This document shows, in pieces, positions 29,575 to 37,584 of a DNA stretch of 42,004 nucleotides. This stretch comes from Sulfurimonadaceae bacterium (GTDB taxonomy: Bacteria > Campylobacterota > Campylobacteria > Campylobacterales > Sulfurimonadaceae), in assembly GCA_041562555.1 (NCBI GenBank), contig JBFEXS010000004.1:1-42004 (forward strand), in the 5' to 3' direction. A program made the position numbers and the translations under genes. The notes below the pieces were generated by a model. It did no database searches. It was not told the origin of the DNA and saw only the letters and a list, made by a program, of their open reading frames with translations. Each line of letters starts with the position of its first letter. Position 1 is the stretch's first letter.

Positions 29575-29583
29575 ATGTTAAGC
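29575..29583 (-). promoter_or_regulatory. Candidate extended -10 (TG-C-TAACAT) for the beta-barrel gene
   Basis: Lies in the 118-bp gap; the predicted leader contains CTAAA-like repeats and a GGGAG RBS. Confidence 0.35.
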
Positions 29584-29621
29584 ACATCGTTTTTTCTCAT
29601 ATCCAAAAATGGAGCATATGC

Positions 29622-29981
29622 CTAGTTGGCAATCACCAATAAATATAATACTCCATCAGCATCTCTATATTGTTCTTTGACCTGAATCTTGATCGCACTA
29701 CTACTGTGCAGGTGGGATGATGAACTCGCGTTACTCTCACCCTTTTCACCCTCACGCTTTTCTCTTGTGGTGAACTCTGTACCTATTTTGATATTGATAA
29801 TATCCGATATCTCTGCCTTGGCCCGCATCAGTGCTACACGTTCTTGAACATGTTTGGGGTAATGAGCTTCCGCTACGCCTACAACGGCGATCACTTTTCC
29901 ATCATTCGTCGGATTTTTGATCCATAGAGGTTCTGCCCATATCAACGTAGTGAACAGAACCAATCCTGTAACCCATCTCAT
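29622..29981 (-). CDS. Exported LPP20-like domain protein
   Basis: Signal peptide without Cys; P.WI..P...VGVA...A..RAKAEIS..I...I...G.LY.LV pattern typical of LPP20. Confidence 0.7.
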   Translation of the reverse strand: MRWVTGLVLFTTLIWAEPLWIKNPTNDGKVIAVVGVAEAHYPKHVQERVALMRAKAEISDIINIKIGTEFTTREKREGEKGESNASSSSHLHSSSAIKIQVKEQYRDADGVLYLLVIAN

Positions 29982-31849
29982 TATTTCCTTACCTTTACAA
30001 GACGCAGACCCGTCATTGGTCCGATTCTATATTTTGTCACAATCGGCTCCAAAGAGTAATGATTACTTCCAACGCTGCGGGTACGTCGTTCATAAGCACA
30101 ATATTCTCTTGCATTACCACACATATCATACAAACCGATCCCATTTGGTTTTAATGACGCAACCGGTGAGATATCAAACTTGTATTTACTCTCAGCAATG
30201 TTCTCATAATCACCATAGTCATCTGAGTTGCCCCAGCAATACTTCTGCTTGTTATTACAGGTTGCGATCTGCATCCACTCATTACACTCAGGAAGACGGT
30301 AACGGAAGTTTTTGCTTTTTTTATTCAGTTCTTTAATAAACTGTTTAGCCGCATCAACACTCAAACAGGAGATCGGATAGTTCCCATCCTCTTCAATAGG
30401 ACAGTTCGCCACCAAAGAACTCTTGGGCATAAACTTGAAATAGGCTTTTTGTGGGATTTCCTTTTCTGCAATATACACAGACTTTTTACTTCCTTCTACT
30501 TTCACTTCCATAAACTTCATATCCAGAAGGTGGTCATAATTGACCTCATCGACAAAATTGCTACAAAAAAGGTTGGCATCATATGAGATGTGAAACTTTA
30601 CCAGTAATCCCAGTTCCTCTTTGTCATAATAAAGTTCAAGTTCCGCTTTTTCATACACTGCTTTTGTCGCAATATTGACTTGTGTCTGCTGATATTGCGT
30701 TGTTGAAAGTTCTTCTTTTGATTGAAGCGAGTGTATTTTCGAACTTCGCTCCAGTTCTTTGACGATCTCTTTGATGACAACATCAAAGGCATACTCATAT
30801 TTGATGTCCGGCAGTGCCCGAATATAAACCACCGACTTTCCGTGATTGATCTCCTTAAGACCGCTCATATCATTTCGGATCTCTTTTTCCACACATTCAA
30901 GTGTCGTACATGTCGAATATTTAGCAAAGAATGAGTCAATCAGTGATCCATATTTATTTGAATCCTTCAACAGCTGATTACGAATATTTGCGTATGACTC
31001 CTGTGCTGTCTTCTGTTTGCTGGCGCTGTTCTGTGCCTGGGACTGTATCTTGTGCGCAGACTTTTCAGAAAGTCCTTCGATCACCTTATCAACACTTTGA
31101 GCCTGTGTAATATCCGCCAATGTGATCTTAAACCCGCTTTTCTTGGCTGTTGCACTGGATGTGCGCTTTTGCGAATAGTGCTGTTTATGAAGTTGAAAAG
31201 GATAAAAGTTTAAAGATGAAATACCGGAAATCAGAGTCGTATCTTTCGTATATTGACGTTTGTTCGCAAAACTGGAAGCCTGGTTCTTCTCTACCGTTCC
31301 ATACATATCAACAGTCGTAAGTTCATCTTTGAGCTTCATGTTTGTAAGCTTTTGCGTATGTTTTGTCTGTGACATCCCATAAGAACGAAGTATTTCGTTA
31401 GTGATTTCGGCCAGCATCGCATCCAATGCCTCATATTCATCCCCCGAGAAATCTACTGCATAAGCGAACTCCACAGGGATTGTAAAGTTGCTATATTGGG
31501 AAAATAGAGACTTCTGCAGCCTTGCTGTCAACTCAGACTTATCAGCCGTAAAGCTTTGCGCATCTAAAATCGAAAGCAGACGTTTTAAGCTGTCCAGATC
31601 AGCCTGTGACTGTTGCAGTCTGTCCTCACGTTGCTTTCGCGAACTCTTGGAAGATTCCAGAGACTTGCTTGTCTCCACCTTGTATCGTTTATCCACCTCA
31701 GCCGCTGTGAGCTTGTTTTTGAATAGTTTTTTTGCCACACTTGGCGAAGCCAGTTTATTATAAACGTCCTGTGTATTTTCTGTCGACAGTTTAACCTCTA
31801 AGGCCCATACACTTACACCTACTAAAAGACTTAAAAGAACTAATCTCAT
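29981..31849 (-). CDS. Exported multidomain protein: coiled coil, two LPP20/FlgT-N-like segments, C-terminal FGE-sulfatase (SUMF1-like) domain
   Basis: Signal peptide; C-terminal YRLP..NEW, WG, PVASLKPNGIGLYDMCGNAREY, GLRLV. Confidence 0.8.
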   Translation of the reverse strand: MRLVLLSLLVGVSVWALEVKLSTENTQDVYNKLASPSVAKKLFKNKLTAAEVDKRYKVETSKSLESSKSSRKQREDRLQQSQADLDSLKRLLSILDAQSFTADKSELTARLQKSLFSQYSNFTIPVEFAYAVDFSGDEYEALDAMLAEITNEILRSYGMSQTKHTQKLTNMKLKDELTTVDMYGTVEKNQASSFANKRQYTKDTTLISGISSLNFYPFQLHKQHYSQKRTSSATAKKSGFKITLADITQAQSVDKVIEGLSEKSAHKIQSQAQNSASKQKTAQESYANIRNQLLKDSNKYGSLIDSFFAKYSTCTTLECVEKEIRNDMSGLKEINHGKSVVYIRALPDIKYEYAFDVVIKEIVKELERSSKIHSLQSKEELSTTQYQQTQVNIATKAVYEKAELELYYDKEELGLLVKFHISYDANLFCSNFVDEVNYDHLLDMKFMEVKVEGSKKSVYIAEKEIPQKAYFKFMPKSSLVANCPIEEDGNYPISCLSVDAAKQFIKELNKKSKNFRYRLPECNEWMQIATCNNKQKYCWGNSDDYGDYENIAESKYKFDISPVASLKPNGIGLYDMCGNAREYCAYERRTRSVGSNHYSLEPIVTKYRIGPMTGLRLVKVRK

Positions 31850-32517
31850 TTGACTTTACTCACTTCACTTTGATAACCAGGGTCAAGACGCTTCATATCT
31901 ACTCTATTCGTTTCCTCCTGCAAACGTGCACGCATAAAACCATCCACTTCTGTCAGGTTAGAATAGTCCTGAACATATTCATAACTCATGTAGTCTTCAC
32001 CATTCTCTTTCATCGGCTTGTGCCAAAAAAGATAATAACGCTGCATCTCACCCACATATTGTGTATCATCTTCAATGACGATATTCACTTTAAACCGTAC
32101 CTCATTTTGCAATAAATAAGCATGAGGTACATTAAAGACAAGCAACAACTCTCTATTTACCGAGTCCCAGAAGTAATCTGTATGATCGATCATCACCCGA
32201 TTGATATTCAGACGTTCATTTTCAAGCAGGTCAATACTGTGAACCATACTGATCCCTTTCATCTTGATCACATACAAAATAGGATTACCCGGCTCAAGCA
32301 GCATTGTCGATACAACTTTGGCATTTTGATCTACCTTCACCTTTGCAATCGGGTTGATCGCATCTTCAAAGTTTTTTCTATCCAGGATGATCTTATACTC
32401 TTGTTCCGAATATTGCTTACCTGTCTCAGGGTTGATTTGTGATTGTGAAACACCACATCCGCCGATCATCAGAGCAATAATGAGAAAGATTGCATTATAA
32501 ATAACGGTTGTTTTCAT
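31846..32517 (-). CDS. Putative lipoprotein of unknown function
   Basis: MKTTVIYNAIFLIIALMIGG-C lipobox, ATG at 32517; overlaps both neighbours. Confidence 0.8.
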   Translation of the reverse strand: MKTTVIYNAIFLIIALMIGGCGVSQSQINPETGKQYSEQEYKIILDRKNFEDAINPIAKVKVDQNAKVVSTMLLEPGNPILYVIKMKGISMVHSIDLLENERLNINRVMIDHTDYFWDSVNRELLLVFNVPHAYLLQNEVRFKVNIVIEDDTQYVGEMQRYYLFWHKPMKENGEDYMSYEYVQDYSNLTEVDGFMRARLQEETNRVDMKRLDPGYQSEVSKVK

Positions 32518-32962
32518 TGATCTGTCCTGTCTCAATAAGAAGTCTTAAGACCTTATTGCTGATAGTTTTTGAAAGGTATTGTCTTAAATCACCTTTGTAT
32601 CGTATACTGCCGTTCTTGGATACATTGGTACCGTCTGCTACGAAAAGCTGTACCAAAATGGCTTGAGCCCCTTGTTTGTACTCCAAGACGACCACAATAT
32701 CACTCTGTTGGCTTGTCGCGAACCCCTGCAGATAACCAAATCCTTCAGCGGCATACTTGAACTTAAACTCCTCGTTCACATTTGCAAGGACCTTGACATC
32801 AAAATCTTCTGAGAAGTTGCCTAACTCCTGCACCAAAGCATTTTGAATCGGTAGTGATACACTGTTTGACAGCACCTGTTTTCTATCCGGTAACATGACT
32901 ACGGCAATCGTTGCGCTATAGAGCCATGATGTCATAAACATAAGGACAAATAGATATCTCAT
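32495..32962 (-). CDS. Exported hypothetical protein, possible CsgG/TolB-N/FlgO-like fold
   Basis: Signal peptide; ATIAVV strand, IQNALVQEL helix, FDV.V, SDIVVV strand. Confidence 0.7.
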   Translation of the reverse strand: MRYLFVLMFMTSWLYSATIAVVMLPDRKQVLSNSVSLPIQNALVQELGNFSEDFDVKVLANVNEEFKFKYAAEGFGYLQGFATSQQSDIVVVLEYKQGAQAILVQLFVADGTNVSKNGSIRYKGDLRQYLSKTISNKVLRLLIETGQINENNRYL

Positions 32963-33699
32963 TCTCCACCCCTTTCATAGGTTAAAGATTGGTTGTTAAT
33001 ACGCAATATATGCGGATTAGGGATAAGGGTCAGCATCGGATCCCAATGGGTGATCAACATCAATCCTTTTTGCTTATCTCCGCCTGATGTAAAGTTATAA
33101 AACCTTTCCCATAAAACTTTTTTTGTATGGTCCGGGAAAGAACGCAGCATCTCGTCAGCCAGGATAAACGGCGTATCAAGGATCAATGCTCGTGCCATGG
33201 AAATGATCTCTTTTTGTCCATTGGAGAGTTCTTGCACCATTCTTTTTCGACCTGTTTTATTATCATATACAAGATCTCTCAGCGAAAGGCGGTTTTCCTG
33301 TTCATTCAGTTCATCATCAAAGGAAAACACTTCCATGAGACGCTCTAGTCTGTCACACATGCCTTTTTGTTTTGAAACTGCGGCAGGCAGCAGGATATTA
33401 TCTTTCACACTCAAATGAGAGATAAAATTGAAATTTGAAAAAATCAACGATATGTAATCATTTCGCATCTTATTGGCAAGGGATATTGAGTTTATCTTCG
33501 TATCCCCCCAAAAGACCTCACCCTTCTGCGGAGGAGTCAAAAAAGAGAGTGCTTCATAAATCGTCGTCTTACCTGAACCCGAAGGGCCATAAATCAAAAA
33601 GTTATCCCCTTCATTGATCGTCAATGAAACATCCGTATCAAAGAGTGTGTCATTCTTTGTTGCATTCAAGTTAAAACCATTGAGCCTAATTTGTGCCAT
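32959..33699 (-). CDS. ABC transporter ATPase, LolD/MacB-like, divergent
   Basis: Walker A GPSGSGKT, signature LSNGQ, Walker B ILADE, H-loop ITH; AAGGAG RBS. Confidence 0.9.
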   Translation of the reverse strand: MAQIRLNGFNLNATKNDTLFDTDVSLTINEGDNFLIYGPSGSGKTTIYEALSFLTPPQKGEVFWGDTKINSISLANKMRNDYISLIFSNFNFISHLSVKDNILLPAAVSKQKGMCDRLERLMEVFSFDDELNEQENRLSLRDLVYDNKTGRKRMVQELSNGQKEIISMARALILDTPFILADEMLRSFPDHTKKVLWERFYNFTSGGDKQKGLMLITHWDPMLTLIPNPHILRINNQSLTYERGGE

Positions 33700-33711
33700 A
33701 AAGACTCCTTG

Positions 33712-35160
33712 TTATTTGATTGAGATCCATAATCGCCTCCAGATAAGATATTCTATGCCCATCAATAATCCGATTGCTATTGATGAATAAAGCAGGGTCT
33801 GCCATAAGTAGCTTGTATCAAAGTGCATGATCGGTTGATAATACTGCATAAGGATAGTATTGATAAAATCAAAACTAAAGACCAAGCCGACATAAGAGAT
33901 CAGCGTTGATACCAACAATGCGATCACTATAATCTGTATAAAGACCAGTATCGAAGAGGAATAAATCTTAAGTAAAAAGATATCTTTCCCATATACACTG
34001 TAAAAACGGGTCAATGCTATGGACAGGATAATAAAGATATAAAAGCTCACCATGGCAATTCCCATATACACCATAGACCGGACAAACTCTTTTTGCTCTT
34101 TATACTGCGGTAAAAAACGCTCCTTGGAAAGATATACAAGACCATTATCCTGATCAAGGATTGTTTCCGAGTAGATAAAGGCAAAGTTGCCCTTTTGTTT
34201 GACATCCCTGAACTCAGGCAATACAGATCCCTTCATGAAAATACTATTGGACAGATCCATATCTCTTGGGCTTTGCTCAATAGGAAAGTTGATCACGTCC
34301 CGTATCACCAGCTCAGCCGACTCTTCACCGGAGGTTATACTATAGCGTTGTGAGACATGGTCATAATTGCTGATCTGATTTGAAAGATATTCACTGCTTA
34401 AGGACTTGGACATACCTTGACTGAAGATCAAAGCAAAAAAGTTTTCCAAAGGCTCCTTGTACCGTGATGTAAAAAGGTCAATATCTGCTTTATCCTGCGA
34501 AGAGATACTGTTTTTACGTCCAGGACGAAACGCTTTCATGTAATATTTGGTGATCGAAATTAAAAAACCGTAAAAAGCCTCACTGTTATGCTTTTTTGGA
34601 TCAAACTCAAAGACACTCGAGTGTTCACGCTTGCGCTTCACATCAACATCGACCTTGTGCTGTTTAAAGACCAGTTGCATGATCTCTTCATCACAGCTCA
34701 TATCCTCTAATCCACTTGTCTTAATTTTCCAACGTGTCGCATGGGTTGAATAGATCTTATCCACACTGACTGAGGTCCTCGCCTGACCACATAAGACATC
34801 AACCTTAAGTTCTTTAGAGATATCAAAACCAAAAAGATATACATCTTTTGCAATATAAGAAAGGTCATGCCCCTCTACTTGAAAGGCCAACTCCTCAAGT
34901 TTCATATATTTACCCGTCATCAGGTCTTTATCATCAACACTTTGAAGCAGCTTTTCATGGAAATCCTGTTCCGTATGCTTTGTGTCCAGGACGATCCATT
35001 CCGGTACGCTTCCGTATTTGTACTCAAAATAATAATCTTTATATTGAGAGATATTAAGCAAAAACACCATCAGAAAGAAACCTACAGAGATCGTCAATAC
35101 AAGCAGTGAAAAGTTCACGCGATATTGCCATAAAAATGATCCAAGTATCCGTAAGTTCAT
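33712..35160 (-). CDS. LolC/E-FtsX-like permease
   Basis: Topology of one N-terminal TM, a large soluble domain and three C-terminal TMs; DIFLLKIY coupling-helix-like segment; adjacent to the ABC ATPase. Confidence 0.7.
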   Translation of the reverse strand: MNLRILGSFLWQYRVNFSLLVLTISVGFFLMVFLLNISQYKDYYFEYKYGSVPEWIVLDTKHTEQDFHEKLLQSVDDKDLMTGKYMKLEELAFQVEGHDLSYIAKDVYLFGFDISKELKVDVLCGQARTSVSVDKIYSTHATRWKIKTSGLEDMSCDEEIMQLVFKQHKVDVDVKRKREHSSVFEFDPKKHNSEAFYGFLISITKYYMKAFRPGRKNSISSQDKADIDLFTSRYKEPLENFFALIFSQGMSKSLSSEYLSNQISNYDHVSQRYSITSGEESAELVIRDVINFPIEQSPRDMDLSNSIFMKGSVLPEFRDVKQKGNFAFIYSETILDQDNGLVYLSKERFLPQYKEQKEFVRSMVYMGIAMVSFYIFIILSIALTRFYSVYGKDIFLLKIYSSSILVFIQIIVIALLVSTLISYVGLVFSFDFINTILMQYYQPIMHFDTSYLWQTLLYSSIAIGLLMGIEYLIWRRLWISIK

Positions 35161-35161
35161 A

Positions 35162-36256
35162 TTAAACCAACTCCCTTCGCTTCATCGCAGAAAAGACAAA
35201 CTGGAACAGTCCAAAGACTGTCAGCAAACTGATGACAAATGACATGCTGATCAACATGACCCAGGATGTAATCATAGATGTTGACAGCTCTTCTAAAAGA
35301 ATCGGAGCCAACCACTGTTTGATCTCGTACACAAAGCCATATCCCAATAAAATGATCGAACTGATATAACTGAAGAAAAGTACTAGAAAGATCAGATACA
35401 GTGTATAAGGGTTCATTCCAAAACGTAAGACCTGTTTAGTATACAGTACATATTCATCAATAATACTCTTCAGGACGATAAAGATCGTCGCGACCGTTAG
35501 TACCAGGGTCGTCAGTATGATCACACCGAAGGCACTTTTGAGTATCGCTAATGAAGCCCGTGAGAACAGGGGAACTTTATCACTCCACAAGAAGAGATGT
35601 GGATATTCCTTACTGTATAGCGTATACAGTTCCTCTTCACTGAGCAGATCCGAGTATATAACCGTATGTTCAAACATAGTATCATGAAAAAGTGTGCGTG
35701 CCAAGGTGTTAGGGATCAATATCCAATCTGTCTCATCATACATCTCAAAAGGGAGGATACGAAAATAGTGATACGCCCCATCCACATAGGACTTTAGATA
35801 AAGTCCCTCATGAAAATCCGGATTACTCGTAAACTTTTCATAAAACTTTTCATTCATATAAATGATCGCATCGTCATTCATGATCTGTTTCTTATAGGCA
35901 TTCAGTGCTGGAGGGATATGCTCTTTTGAAAAACTGCGCAGACTTATATTTGCCGTTGTTTGGCTTTTCTTCGCGTCATAGGAGAAATCAAATTCTTTCC
36001 ATATGATCTCAAAAATCTCTTTTTCGTGGCTGACCATGCTGTTAAGCGGTTCAACCTTCTTCTTAGCGGTATATAGGAAAACATTTGGGTAAACACTCTT
36101 AAGTTTGGCAATGAAAAAGTTTTCATAGGAACTGATCATTTCTGAAAATGCCAACAGCATTGTCATTGCGGAGACTAAAAGCACCCACGAAATAAATTGC
36201 GTTAGATTGAGCGAGATATTTCTAATAAACCTGAGTGTTATACCAATATCATTCAT
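35162..36256 (-). CDS. LolC/E-FtsX-like permease
   Basis: Same 1+3 TM topology; KLKSVYPNV after TM1; VLRFGM coupling segment. Confidence 0.7.
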   Translation of the reverse strand: MNDIGITLRFIRNISLNLTQFISWVLLVSAMTMLLAFSEMISSYENFFIAKLKSVYPNVFLYTAKKKVEPLNSMVSHEKEIFEIIWKEFDFSYDAKKSQTTANISLRSFSKEHIPPALNAYKKQIMNDDAIIYMNEKFYEKFTSNPDFHEGLYLKSYVDGAYHYFRILPFEMYDETDWILIPNTLARTLFHDTMFEHTVIYSDLLSEEELYTLYSKEYPHLFLWSDKVPLFSRASLAILKSAFGVIILTTLVLTVATIFIVLKSIIDEYVLYTKQVLRFGMNPYTLYLIFLVLFFSYISSIILLGYGFVYEIKQWLAPILLEELSTSMITSWVMLISMSFVISLLTVFGLFQFVFSAMKRRELV

Positions 36257-36272
36257 TGCTGCTGTCTATCTT

Positions 36273-36797
36273 CTAATCAAGCTTTGAAGCCATAAATTGA
36301 TCAATTTTTTCATAAGAGTTGTCGGTTAACGAATAGACTGACTTATCAAAATTCAACGTTATCTTTTCTTTTATAAAAGGTGCATTCTTCTTGAATAAAA
36401 ATACCTGGATATCTACCTTACACTTCTTTTTACATGTAGGAAGTACTTTTACATCATCTTTACGAATACGATATTCCACGACAAAATCAAGTTCATTATC
36501 AATCATATACTGCTGCTTATAGGCACTCTTGTTCTTACTGTAATAGCTGTTGATCTTTTTCTTGTACTTGCGTACCGGTAAAAAGGACTCTTTGACATTA
36601 ATCAGCTTATTTGTATCGCTCTGTAAAGAGTTATAATTTGTAATCCCGTTATGAAGCATCATATAGATCTCTTCGACAATATCAACTTCCATATTATTCT
36701 TAAAATCGATCTTAGCAGGAACGACTTCTATGCTTCGTGCATAGAGCAGGCCCGACGAGATCAGAAGAAGAATTAAAATCTTTTGTAACATTTTCAT
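36273..36797 (-). CDS. Exported hypothetical protein
   Basis: Signal peptide MKMLQKILILLLISSGLLYA (start 36797 or 36791), packed in the operon. Confidence 0.75.
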   Translation of the reverse strand: MKMLQKILILLLISSGLLYARSIEVVPAKIDFKNNMEVDIVEEIYMMLHNGITNYNSLQSDTNKLINVKESFLPVRKYKKKINSYYSKNKSAYKQQYMIDNELDFVVEYRIRKDDVKVLPTCKKKCKVDIQVFLFKKNAPFIKEKITLNFDKSVYSLTDNSYEKIDQFMASKLD

Positions 36798-36798
36798 C

Positions 36799-37584
36799 CT
36801 ACCAATTATCATCATAAAGCGGTTCTTGAGTGGCCGCCTGTTTTGTTGTATCAGCCGTGTTTTCTACCGGAGCTGCATCCACAGCTGCCGTAGTGGCCGG
36901 TGTACTTTCCACAACAGGGTCACGTTGTATCCCGCCGCTCATCTGGACTAACTTGAGTGCCTTTTCAAACATCTCCAGATAACTCTTCGTGATAGAAGCC
37001 TGCATCAAATCCAGATCATATGTTGGTTCCGTTGCAAGGTCTTCAACTTTTATCTTTACACGCTTTAGTGATGTCGCCCCGCTTTGAGGCAAATATAGCT
37101 GAGCCAAAAAGACCAAGGTACTGTTTTTCGCTTTTGGGTTCTTTTCCATTTTTTTAAGAACGCTGTTTAAAGTCGACTTTTTAAAACGGGCGTAAAACAG
37201 TGCATCAAGACCATTATAGTCCGTCACACCCTTAAGGAAATCCCGTCCCTTTGAATCAAACTGCGTGTAAAAGTCTGAGATCGCATATAGATTTCTCTCG
37301 GAAGGACGTAGAATGTACTCCTTTCCCTTAAGCGTATACTTCGTGTCTTGAAAGTTCACCTTTCCTTGCGTCAGACGAAGTTTCGAAGCGATCGTCACAC
37401 CGGCATCCCCGCAAATATAATATGACATCTCAACAATCTCTTCAAAAAACATATCCGTGTCTTCATTCACATAGGTTTTATTACCATATTCAGGGTACTC
37501 TGCCGAAATGTACCCAATGTTATCCGCTAAAAGTGAGGAAATAAAGACACAAAGGATCAATAAGCTTCTATTCATGGCACTCAT
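36799..37584 (-). CDS. Exported hypothetical protein with Ala/Thr/Pro-rich C-terminal tail
   Basis: Signal peptide (..SLLA-DN); tail STPATTAAVDAAPVENTADTTKQAATQEPLYDDNW; alternative start at 37575. Confidence 0.8.
   Translation of the reverse strand: MSAMNRSLLILCVFISSLLADNIGYISAEYPEYGNKTYVNEDTDMFFEEIVEMSYYICGDAGVTIASKLRLTQGKVNFQDTKYTLKGKEYILRPSERNLYAISDFYTQFDSKGRDFLKGVTDYNGLDALFYARFKKSTLNSVLKKMEKNPKAKNSTLVFLAQLYLPQSGATSLKRVKIKVEDLATEPTYDLDLMQASITKSYLEMFEKALKLVQMSGGIQRDPVVESTPATTAAVDAAPVENTADTTKQAATQEPLYDDNW

Noticed and set aside
29981..30540. FGE/C-type-lectin domain as a diversity-generating retroelement target
   Set aside because: No reverse transcriptase and no template-repeat copy of the 3' end were seen in the window.
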